Positions 1 to 11,474 of a DNA stretch of 54,713 nt are shown piece by piece; position 1 is the stretch's first letter; each line of letters opens with the position of its first letter. Source of the stretch: Chromera velia. Its lineage: Eukaryota. The translations under genes were made by a program, and so were the position numbers. Location of the stretch: contig JAHBMJ010000191.1 of NCBI GenBank assembly GCA_018398765.1, positions 1 to 54,713 of the forward strand, given 5' to 3'. The notes under the pieces were generated by a model. It was not told the origin of the DNA. It searched no databases and saw only the letters and a program-made list of their open reading frames with translations.

Positions 1-3000
1 CAAAGGCCTTCCCCTCTGCATCCAGGGCTTCAGCACGCCTCTGGATCTCACAGTAGTCGATCTGGACGATGATTACGATGTTATATTGGGGATGCCCTTC
101 TATAAAGAGTATATTCCTATCCCACATTACTGTGAGAAGGCCCTCACGATCCCTGCGTGTGAGTCACCGACCGGGAGAGACTTGCTCCTGCTTGACAGCG
201 AGGAGTACCCGGTGGAAGGGGAGGGGGACGACTTCTTTAGCCAGAGAGAGCTCCGTCGGCTGATGAAGAGACCCAGTTCCCATGTGCATCTGTTCCACCT
301 CGAAGCAGTGCGGAAGGGGGGGGTGAGTGATACGTTGGAAGTGCATTCCCTGCAGTCTGCCGGTAAGTCCGGAGACCCACCGCCCCTTTCATCTTTCCCT
401 CCTGACCATCCCATCAATTCTTCGACCTACACGGGATTCCGAAAGCACCTCTAGAGCAAAGAAGTCCCACCCAGTGTCCGACCGGTTCTCAAAAAACATT
501 TTAATCGATTCTCAGACAAGTTACCGGGTCTTCCGCCCCACCGAAAGATCGAGTGTGAGATCAAGCTCGAGGCAGGGCACTCTCCTCCTGCGAGAGCACC
601 CTACCGACTATTATACGGTCAACTTGACAAGCTGAGATGGCAGTTGGACTCATACCTCGAGAAAGGGCACATCCGCCCTTCGATAAGTCCATACGCTGCA
701 CCAGTCCTGTTTATGCAGAAGGCAGACGGGATGCAACAGATGTGCATCGATTTCATGGGACTCAACAAGATCACAGTCCGCGACAAATTCCCCATTCCTC
801 ACCCAGAGGAGCTGCTGAGTCGCCTCTATGGCGCAAAATTTTTCTCGTCTCTGGACTTACGGCAATACTTCCATCAGACAAGGATCAGGGAGGGGGACGA
901 GGAGAAGATGGCATTTATCACAAGGTACGGCAGTTTTGAATGGCTGGTGATGCCGTTTGGTTTGTGTAACGCACCTTCCATCAGCATGTGTCTCATCATG
1001 GATATGCTCAGACCACTTCTTGACAAGTGTGTTGTTGTATTTATTGATGATGTTCTTGTTTTCAGCCGCACTCTGGAGGAGCATATCGAGCACATCAACC
1101 AGATCCTTTCCCTTTTGAAGGAACGTCAACTCTATGTTAAGGTCTCTAAATGCGCATGGCTTCGGACAGAGACGAAGTTTTTGGGGTTGGTGGTTAATGA
1201 GAAGGGGGTCAGACCAAGCCATAAGAAAATGCAAGGGCTCACTGAGTTTGCACAACCCACAGACCGCACTTCCCTGCACCAGTTTCTGGGACTGGCCAAT
1301 TGGTTCCGCCGGTTTGTCCCAGGGTTCTCGTTTCTTGCGGGGCCTCTCACATTCCTCCTCCAAGGGAACGTCCCCTTCGAATGGAAGACTGCACAGTCGC
1401 GTGCGTTTGCTGAGCTGAAGAAGGCAGTATAGGAGCATGCCACCCTTGCCCTCCCCGATCCCAGCAAGCCAGTCATTCTGGTGCCCGACGCGTCGCATTC
1501 TGCAGGAGCCACTGGGGCTGTCGCCCTCCAGAAGGACTGTGCAACCGGGAGATACCGCCCCCCCGCTTTCGGCTCCCGCCGTCCGACATCTACGGAAGCC
1601 AAGTACCCCGTCCGAGAGTTGGAATTTCTAGCGATTGTGCATTTTGCAAAGGTGTAGAGACACTTCCTGTCTTTAGACTCCGAAATATGTACCGATCACC
1701 AGAGCCTCACAAATTTCAGCCACCGATCGTTCGAATTTTACTCCCTGCGAGTCCGACGCTGGATTGAATTCAATAACATACAGGAGCTCAGTATCACTCC
1801 AAAGTACATCCCAGGGAGAGCAAACATTATGGCAGACGCCCTTTCCTGAAACCCTCCTGCTGCACAGCAACTCGTGCCGTCTTCCGCCAAGGTTTCTCAC
1901 ATGGGTCGCACTCAGTGTCTGCCTGTACGTCCCAGGCCTCTGCCAGAGGCTGTCCCGGTGTCTGTCTAGCCCGTTAGGTCTTTGGGGGCAGAGTACGCTG
2001 ATCTGCCCGATTTGGTTCCTGAGATTGAGGAGAGCCAGACTCCGGTTAGGGAGGGAGATGGGCAGCAGTCTCGGGCAGGGATGGAGTTGCAGAGTTTGAT
2101 GGTCTTCACCACACAGTCACAGGCCGTCCTTGATGCCTGCAGGAGGGGATACTCAGCCGATCCCTTCTTCCACCCTGTCCTTCAGCATCTGTCACAGCAG
2201 CCCCCACCCGCCCTCACCCCTGATTCTACCCTTCGTTTGCGAGGTATGTCGATTCATGCCGGTCTCCTATATTTTGAAGGGAATCGTCTCTGTGTCCCTA
2301 GATCTCAGCAGGGAACTGTGATGGCTGGGGTGCACTCCCCTCCACACGCTGCTCACTTTGGGATGGAGAAGACCTATCGGAAGGTAGCGTCATTGTACTA
2401 CTGGCCCAAAATGTAGAGGTCAGTCGCTTCTTTTGTTCGCGCATGCGATCGGTGTCAGAGAAGCAAGGGTCCCACTGTGGCCCGCCCCGGGCTTCTGCAG
2501 CCCCTTCCTATCCCTTCACGCCCTTGGGAGTCGACTTGCATTGACCGCCTTACTGATTTGCCACCTTCCGGTGATGAAGGGTTTGATACGATTCTTGTGG
2601 TGCTTTGCCGGCTCATCAAGGCAGTTGTCTTGATTCCCACTCATAGCACAGCAGGAGCAGAGGAGACCATGCGAATCTACTGCCAGCACGTTTCGTGCAA
2701 GAAGGGCTTCCAGCGTCATATCGTCTGCGACCGTGACCCCCGTTTTATTGCCCGCTTTTGGCAGACCCTCCATGCCTCTAGCGGCTCAGAAATCGATTTC
2801 GCGACTGCATCGCACCACGACACAGCGGGTGCCGCAGAGAGAATGAATCACACCCTTGAGGAGGCTTTGCGGTGTCTGGTAGACACGAAGCACTCCCGGT
2901 GGTCTGAATTTCTGTATGATGTGGAGTTTGCATACAACTCCTCTGTCCATGAGGGGACTGGTTTTGCACCCCTCACTCTCGATGATGGAAAGTCCCCGCT

Positions 3001-3550
3001 CATCCCTTCCACTCTCAATCTCCTAGTCTCAGTCGAACCTTCTTTCGACGCAAGGGAATTTCTGGAGGAGCACAGCCAGATGATCGCTGCAGCGAGAGAT
3101 TCACTCCGCTCAGCCTAACAAGTCATGACCCGAAACGCCAATCGCCGTCGGCGTCCCGCCGAGAACATCCGAGTAGGAGATTATGTCCTGGTGCACTGCA
3201 CGTGGTGGCCACGTCCTGTGAGAAAGGGGGAGGAATATGCTAGGAAGCTTGATTCAGTTTGGTTCGGTCCGTTCGAAGTCGAGACCGTTCTGCCTCGAGA
3301 CAATCTGGAGGTTGTTTTGCCTACTGGGAGCAGGAAGCACCCTATCATTCACACATCGTTGTGTAAGCCTTACCGTCAGCCAAGTGGGGAGACTCGCCCC
3401 CCGTCTGTCCGCATGCTTGCTTGGGCCAAGGAGGAGTATGAAGTCGAGAAAATCCTTGCCGTCCGAGAGAGGGGCAAGGCCAAGCAGTATAAGGTTCTCT
3501 GGAGGGGATATCCATTGGAAGACGCATCATGGGAGCCCCTGTCGTCATTG

Positions 3551-4317
3551 ATAACATAATGAGACCTACCGGACTTTAACATCATTTCGGACTTTGAAAT
3601 ATAGGATGTTCCATAGTATTTCAACGTTGTTTATATACCTTTAAATATTATAGACATTCTTTAAAACATAATTCTTTTAAGATAAAATTAATATTAAAGA
3701 AAAAATTAAAGCTAAACATGTCAGTGTCAGGAGATTTCAATTTTTGAGTTCTTTTAGCATTCAATTATGATAATACATAATATTGTATTTACAATTTTTT
3801 TTATATAATTTCGATTACACATAAATAAACAAGAACCAATTGCAGATTTTCTTGTATTGTGGTCATTTTTGTCGCTTTAGGGCTGCCTTTCACCTCTACC
3901 TCCAGGGGAGTGGGGGACGGTTTTGCCCGAAAGGACCTAGGTAGGTCATTTATTAATTGGTCCTTCTTGGGGGAGTGGGGGAGCAAATTCAGTCGCCAGA
4001 CCTGGTTAGGTAGGGTCAAAACTAAATAGTTTCAGGGGTGATTATCTACTTTTCGGTCGCATTTATTGCATTATACATAGATATACCAATTATGCAGCTA
4101 CTATTATGGTTACTAAAATATAGCTATGATCTAACATTGATACAGCTGGCTTCAATTCTTTGTTTTACCTTTTGTTTTAAAAGAATTACGTTTTAAAGAA
4201 TGTTTATTAAATTTAAAAGCTTATAAACAACGATTAAATACAATAGAACACCCTATGTTATTCCTATATTTCAAAGTCCGAAATGATGTTAAAGTCCGGT
4301 AGGTTTCATTATGTTAT
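3551..4317. mobile_element. Non-autonomous DNA transposon (MITE) inserted in the chromodomain of element 1
   Basis: About 56-bp terminal inverted repeats ATAACATAATGA(G/A)ACCTACCGGACTTTAACATCATTTCGGACTTTGAAATATAGGA, extending imperfectly to about 140 bp. ATTG duplication at 3547-3550 and 4318-4321. Removing it restores [22 protein letters not shown]. Confidence 0.93.
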
Positions 4318-4401
4318 ATTGAAGAATGCAAAACAAGCGATTGCCAATTTTTATGCTTCGGCCTGAGTGAGGCGCACAGGCCATGGGGGGGGGAGAGGGC
4401 A

Positions 4402-4721
4402 CGTTACGTTGTGGCTTGTACGGCGACTTGATCATCCGCCAAACTTGCTAGAACTGGGACTGGGAAACTAACTTCGCAATACTAAGCCCGGCCAGCATTA
4501 ATTAAGTGCACTAAGAGAATTAAGTGACAGACTGATAATACAGAGAAAGAAATAATAGACTTGCAATACAGAAATAAATAGAAGCATGCCGTACAGTCTT
4601 CGTCCGTCTATGTTGCTTGAATGGAGTCCTTGGAAGTGAACTCTGAGTGACAGACTTAAGGAGGTAAGGTATGATGAGTCTCCAACTAGACTACGTTCTT
4701 AGTCTAGGAGGAAATCTGACG
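4402..4721 (+). repeat. Probable 3' LTR of element 1
   Basis: Begins CGTTAC immediately after the purine tract GGGGGGGGGAGAGGGCA. The 3' end at ...CTGACG is a guess because the partner LTR is not in the window. Confidence 0.65.
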
Positions 4722-6146
4722 TACATCTGATGAAATTCAGTCTGTTAGATCTGAATCTGAATTTCGAACAAATTGAATCGGGCCCCAGAAAGTCGTTAGG
4801 CGTAGAAGTGGAGTGCCGGGGCCCCTTCTCCAACATGTTGGGGGCCCCCAGCATGCATTTGAAAACTTTTTTTTTTTTAAAAAAATATATAAATCCCAAA
4901 TCGCATCCTGTGATGAAATTGCAAAATTCAAGTGTACGCGGTATAGAAGTTCAGAATCAAACGAAGTTCAACATCAAAACTTAGGCTCCCTATTTACTTT
5001 CGTAAATTCATAATTCAAATCATAATGATTTTTACTGTTGTATTACATACATGTCGGTGCATGATGTCGCTCTTCGCAATTTTTAATGAACTAGTCTTTG
5101 CAATCATTTACACATTGTTATATGAGACTGTTTTTTTTTTTAATGTTGTATCGCAATCACTTACGTGTGAGACTGCCTTTCTTGAAGCACGTCATATATC
5201 ATAATTAATCACTTACGCGTTAATCAGCTAGGCTGGCGTTTAATTGCACGCAATTACACGCAATTCTATCATTTTTTTATGATATTCAAGTTACTGGGTA
5301 TTACTGGGGCTAGGTTGGCGTTTAAAACACAATGTTGCAGCTATATAGACCATGTGATGCTTATTGATTTAGATGATTCTGAAGAATTCTGAAGAGAGTC
5401 TTTAAATTCACGGTTGCTTACTACCGTTACTATATAGCCGGGTTTGCGTTTTACTCATTCACAATTCCATTTTTTTTTTTTTTTAATATTAATACCTCTC
5501 TAAATCAGGTTAACCGTTAACGATTTACTTAGAACTGCTCATTACACATTTTTTCTATATTTTTCTATGTTTGCTTAAGCCAGATTGGCTTAGGGATTTG
5601 CATTTTCATCATCATCGATCATCACATATAATGTTAGACATACAGACCGTTTAATTTTGAAAGAAATTTAGCGAGATTAGCATTAAGTCATACATGATTT
5701 TAAGATTTTTTTATGTTTATTTAAACCAGGTAAGCGTTTTACTTACAACTACTACTGTTAATTAGATTACTAGTAGTTTTACCAATTTTTTATATATCGA
5801 CTTAAGGCAGGTTAGCGTTTGATACACTAGTTGATACATAACATATTGCAGCTACAGACCGCTTGATGAGAACACACCTCAGTCAGGCCAGCGTTTCACT
5901 TATAAGTGTTCCAATAGAATAAAAAGCATGCAACTTTTGAAGTCTCACATTGTCAGTACTACTAATATAGCTGAAGTCTTTTTTCGTTTTTGAGTGGGAA
6001 AACGTCTACTGATGTCAGTGACACAGTACTGACACTCACATTGTATGACTGTGCGTGTCTTCAAGAAAACACGCTTTATTGAAGATGTCACTGTTGCGAT
6101 TCCTCCGACATTCTTTGCGCATCCGTTAACCATAAATTCTACTTCA

Positions 6147-6505
6147 TTACCCCCAGTCGTCCCCACCCCCTCCTCCTCTGGTCCCTCTACTGCCAGCGGG
6201 CCACATGCGTGAAGAAACTCCGCCGCGAGTAGAGCTGCCCCCCCACCCAGAAGAGCCTGCAGTGATGCGCACATTCTGCTGTTGCCCTGCGACAGAGTGC
6301 TGTGAGGTGCCTCGAGAAGCTACCTCCTCTCCCTCCAGCTGCCGACTGAAAGTCAAACCATAGTCGGCGAAACAGGGAGGGACATGCGCAAACTCCACGC
6401 CTGCATACACACGCATAGTCAGACATGTACGCACCGGCATGGCAACACGCCTATTCACTCGTCGACTCGTTTCTTTCTCGATCGCTTGCTCTCTCTCTCT
6501 CTCTC

Positions 6506-6555
<50 letters not shown>

Positions 6556-6733
6556 CACAGACGACGGATGACCGATTGAGCAAACCTTCTGACAGAACAA
6601 CCGACAAACAAAAACAGCCGCCGAACCAAACCCAACCAACCAACCGGGTGCAGCTTCGAGGTATCGGAGTCTCTCCAGGGCCTTCATCTTCAAACGTTCC
6701 AGATGTTCCTTTGTGTTCAGGTTCGGGAACCTG

Positions 6734-6765
<32 letters not shown>

Positions 6766-7458
6766 CGTGCTTGGATTCATGTATGTCCCAAGGGTTATAC
6801 GCGTGAGCGCGTGCATCAACGCGAAAGTTATGCGGCATCCAGGTGGTCTGAGGACTCACATTGGGGGAAGAGGCTTCAGGTGATGCTGAGACACCATGGA
6901 CCAATCATACGGGATCCACGGGTAAAGAGAAGGGAAAACTCCGTTTGATGTCTTCTCGGATAAATTCCTCTATGCAGGTCTCGATACCTTGCTGGGAAGG
7001 GAAGGGAAAGGATTCGGGGCATGAGGGTGCCAGGCCAACTACAAAAGACGTGCACAGAGTCACAATGAAGCTCTTGCATGCATGGTCAGGTGCAACCTGA
7101 ATGCCTGACGTTTTGCTGATCGGCAGGTGGAGTTTGAATTCGGGACCATACCACTGGATAGAGTCCTGCATAGATAGATCCAGGAAAGGAGGGAGGCCGC
7201 GGGGTTGGGGGGGAGGGAAGAGCGGAGGTGAAAGAATTTCTCCTTTGTGGGAGAAACCGAGAGACCGCAATAAACCCTGACGCCTCTCTCCCTGATGACC
7301 CACTCACTCACACGCGAACGTGTCTCAAAACTTTTCGGACAAAGATAGAAGGAGATTCAGGGAGTCTACGAAACCTACATATGAAGACGGCTGTACAGAA
7401 TGAAGGCCGACCAAGAAGCATCTCATGCCCTTTTATCCACCACACTAAACCCACACCC

Positions 7459-7530
<72 letters not shown>

Positions 7531-7604
7531 AGAGAAAGAAAGAGAAAGAGGAAGAAAAAGAGAAAGAAAGAGAGAAAGAAAGAGAGAGAGAGAGAGAGAA
7601 AAAG

Positions 7605-7658
<54 letters not shown>

Positions 7659-9504
7659 AAGGAAGGAAGGAAGGAAAGAAAGAAAGAAAGAAGAAAGGAA
7701 AGAGACGGACGTGTCTGGGAATTTCCCCTGGCATTTGGTCCTCTACTCCCAGAGCAGCTGCCGTCTCGAAGGCCCAGCACCTGGCCACATTTCTGATAGT
7801 GTACCCCCCCCCTCCGAGGATCAGAAGGGGAACCCCAAAGGACCGGCAGAAGGAGAGACACTCAGCGTGACCACGGATAGACAAGTTGAAACGACCAAGG
7901 CGGTCACCTGAGAGAGGGAAAGCGTGAAGGGACTTTCCTTGAAATCAGCCACCAGAACAGGAGAGAGAATCAGAACGGATGGATTCTGGCATTCTTCCAT
8001 TTGCTCACGCATTCGTAAAATCCCACGATCACTCCAGTGCATGTGCGTGATCCTGTTCCTCTAAAGGGGTCTCCTCTGTGAGTGCATACGTTTGAGTCAT
8101 ATTCCGAGAGAGAAGAAAGACGAGAGCGAGACGTACCATCAGGGATGCGAGACGTACCATCAGGGATGGACGGAACAAATTTCCATTCCATGTAGCAAAA
8201 ATCAAACAGCAGTGGGATGCAAAGAAGGAGACGGGTACGCGCAACAGAGACGGTGGAACAACACAACACACCCTCACCTGCCAGAGAATCTGCCCCACAC
8301 TGCAAGACGATGGCTTCTGGTCGAAATTTCTCCACACTCGCCCTGACTACAGGTTTGAAGAGACCCAGAAAAGAGGCGTCGTCCATGCCGTCATTCAGAG
8401 GCAGATTCAGAGAGTAGTGCTTTCCAATCCCGTACCCCACATCCGTAAGGTCCCCTGTCCCCGGAAAGAAGTCCCCGAATTTGTGCAACGAGAGAGTCAA
8501 TACCCTGCATGCATCATGTCAGAGGGATTATAGAGAAAAAGAAAAGACGCAAACAAGAGAGAAGGCGAAAATGAAGGACTTTTGTTGAAAAGGAGACGTC
8601 ATGAGGAATCGTCTCAAAAAGGAAGTGTGGAAAGGAAGAGTGAGGGAAGTCAACGCCGCATCACTCAGCCATATAAACCGAGTCGGATGTAGTGGAAGAT
8701 TGGACGGAGCCATCCAACAGAAAAGAGGCAGGCAGATTTGGGGGCCACCCACACCACGCAGATGTTTTCGCAAATTCAGCGTCAAGACGGTTTTTCTTTC
8801 TGTCATCGCTTCTCTCCACTACTCAAGAACAACTCTTTACAGTCCGATGAGAGAAAGGAAAGGGAAAATTTCATGCACATCCACGTATCCATCCATCCAT
8901 CCCCATGCACCTGTTTGTACAGTAGAAGGCCTCCTCCACCCCGTCACCATGGTGGATGTCGATGTCGATGTACATCACCCTCTGGAAATGATTCAAGAGT
9001 TCCAAAATGCCAAGAACGATATCCTGAAGGGATAGCACAAGAGAGAGACATCACCAAGCGGAATGATATGACCCTTCACACTCATTTCAGGAAGCCAATC
9101 AGGAAACCAATCGGAAAGAATGAAGAAGGGTCGTGGAGGATCGTAAGCAGGGAAGAGAGGACGAACACAACAAATAAGAATAACAGTGGGACAGAAACAA
9201 AAAACCTACACGGCATACGGACAGACACGTTGTCTGATTGCATGCTGATTGCTTACAAGACTGCATGCTGATTGCTGACGTTCACGTAGCAGAACCCCGA
9301 GGCCTCACTCTTCCGCGCGTGGTGCAGACCCCCAGACCAGTTGATCGCAATGTCCGTCTTTCCTGCCGCCAGCAGACGGGCAGCCTGGATCGAACCGCCT
9401 GCACAGCTGGCCTGCAGATGGACGGAACAGAAGCGTTGATGCGTAATCATGTGAACACACACACACACACACACACACACGCACGCACGCACGCACGCAC
9501 GCAT

Positions 9505-9539
<35 letters not shown>

Positions 9540-10776
9540 CCGACAAATGAAGCAATTGCGGCATCGTGAACGGAGAAAAAATGGGTGTGGCCAAGGAAAG
9601 CAAGACTCTTTGGCAGAGAGTCAGTTTGGGAAATGCGCATCAGCCGTTGACACCCGCTGGGTTGGCAGACGAAGACGTGCACAGACACATGCAGCAAGCG
9701 AACAAGTTACACAACAGACAAGCAGACAAGATGCACCGACACAAAGCCAGTATGGGCAATCACAGAGAGACAGACAGACAGACAGACACACAGAAACGAA
9801 GGAAAGGAGAGTGCAGCAAGAGCAACTTGCCTGGAAGTCGAAGAGTCCCTCAAAGATCGGACAATCCGTCTGCTCCCCCACACCGAATCTTCGAGCTGCC
9901 CCCTGCCAATCGAGCTGCAAGATCAGTTTTCATTTTCATATTGATTCGTCTGCCATTTCTCAGAGTTCAGACGCTAAAGGAGAGTAGTCACGAAATGAAG
10001 AAACTGTGAGGGCAGGAAGAAACAAAAACACTCCATGGGAACAGAGAGAAAGAGACTTAGACTAGCAAGCAGAAAAAGCGGATAATACGCAGAGAAACGA
10101 CCATACTGCTCGACTGACTTTGGTCTGATCCAGCGTGATATTACTGAGGAAAGCGATGTACTCACTGCCGTGGAACCTCTCGATCTCCAATTCGTTCGCT
10201 TTGTGGTGCTGGATGACCTGGAGAGAAGGAATAAGAGAAAGCGGAAGAAAAGACTTTGACAGCTAGACAGCGGAACCACCCTCAATAGAGGGAAGACGAG
10301 TCCTTGGTTACAGTGCAGCACGGGATGCGTATGCATGGACAGTGGAAGGTTGGGACTGCGGGTGCATGGGGATCCGCCTGAGCCGGATTGCGTCCGTTTA
10401 TGCATTTACCCAGTGCAATGGGTAGTACGGAGGACTTCAGTCTGGAGCAACAGACTCAAGCCATGCAATGAGCAGGGGGGTGTGACGACGGAGACGAAAG
10501 ACGGCAAGACACGAGACGGCTGGGCCGTCTCAGTCGGAAGGCAAACAGGCGTACAGGCAGGCAAGGGGGCAAGAGTCTCACTGAAGATTGGGGCCCTCAC
10601 CCACTCACCTCCAGTTCTTTGTGGAGTCCGAATGACTTGACCAACTCGTGGGTGAGTTGCATTCTCTGGGGCTTCATCGGGTGACCAGACCCATAGTAGT
10701 ATGAGCCTATGTCGAGGTCATAGAAGTACGAGACCCTCCGTCTCTTTTCGTCCTCCTTTGGGACGAGCACTTCCAT
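6147..10776 (-). CDS. Class I (RPD3/HDAC1-3-like) histone deacetylase, about 10 exons
   Basis: Exons about 10776-10609, 10217-10119, 9914-9831, 9411-9280, 9023-8911, 8504-8278, 7907-7711, 7165-7110, 6731-6648, 6400-6147. They join in frame and give [69 protein letters not shown] and GGGGYT. Confidence 0.96.
7465..7700. repeat. Compound (CA)n/(GA)n/(GAAA)n microsatellite in an HDAC intron
   Basis: Read directly. Similar tracts at 6490-6553, 6734-6766 and 9455-9540. Confidence 0.95.
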
Positions 10777-11474
10777 CTTCTTTCTTTCTTCGTGCCTGTT
10801 GGTCTGACAGTCCTACTGAGGGTCTAAATGGACTTCAACCGCATGTTCAGAGACAGACTGAGCGACTCCGTCTCGGCCCCCTTGCGTCGACTTTCAGGAT
10901 TGAAGAAGCACACGACGTGTTCACAGAAAGACTTTCGGAGAGCCGGCGCACCCACTTCAAAAATAGCCACAACTTCAGTTCACACACTGGAGGAGGAGGT
11001 GGTAGACTGTCTGAGGTCCCTCCCTGCCGACTCAGTGCCGAGTGTCGGCTTCAAGAATGCTTCAGATGCATGGCATGCACTGCACCATATCTGCACCATG
11101 CATGCATGCATCTCTGCACCAGATCCGGATCGCGCGGCCGCGAATTTTGTGGGACGCCTTTTGCGCGTCTCCACGTTTTTCTCTTTGAGGTTCGGGTGTT
11201 CATAGCACATGCACTCCAAGTTTCCCTGTGTCGGAAGATCATTCATTAAACATCACGGCTGCCAACAGCTGCCTGCGCCAACCGGAAGTAGAAGGATCTC
11301 TGCGTACGGTGACGAAAAAGAGGCTCCTCAAGAAGCTTCTTAGTTGAGGTGAAAAAATTGCCACTACACTGTCACCCGAGACGGGTCTCATCCAGTTTGT
11401 AGTTGTCTAAAACCAGCACTCTCTCACCTCGATACATTCTCTTCGCGTGCCTCCACCAGCAGCTTTCAGCAAAT

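Larger units (their letters stand above)
1..4721 (+). mobile_element. Ty3/gypsy chromovirus-type LTR retrotransposon (element 1), decayed, 5' part outside the window
   Basis: Pol frame broken by stops. RT 644-1432 (IRPSISPYAAP, LDLRQYFHQ, MPFGLCNAP, VFIDD), RNase H about 1433-1850, integrase 2320-3118 (H..H..G..KT, PSRPWE, DRD), chromodomain [14 protein letters not shown]...SWEP, stop at 4346, polypurine tract 4386-4401, 3' LTR from 4402. Confidence 0.95.

Noticed and set aside
10828..11249. ORFs between the HDAC and LRR genes
   Set aside because: No recognisable motifs; probably UTR or promoter.
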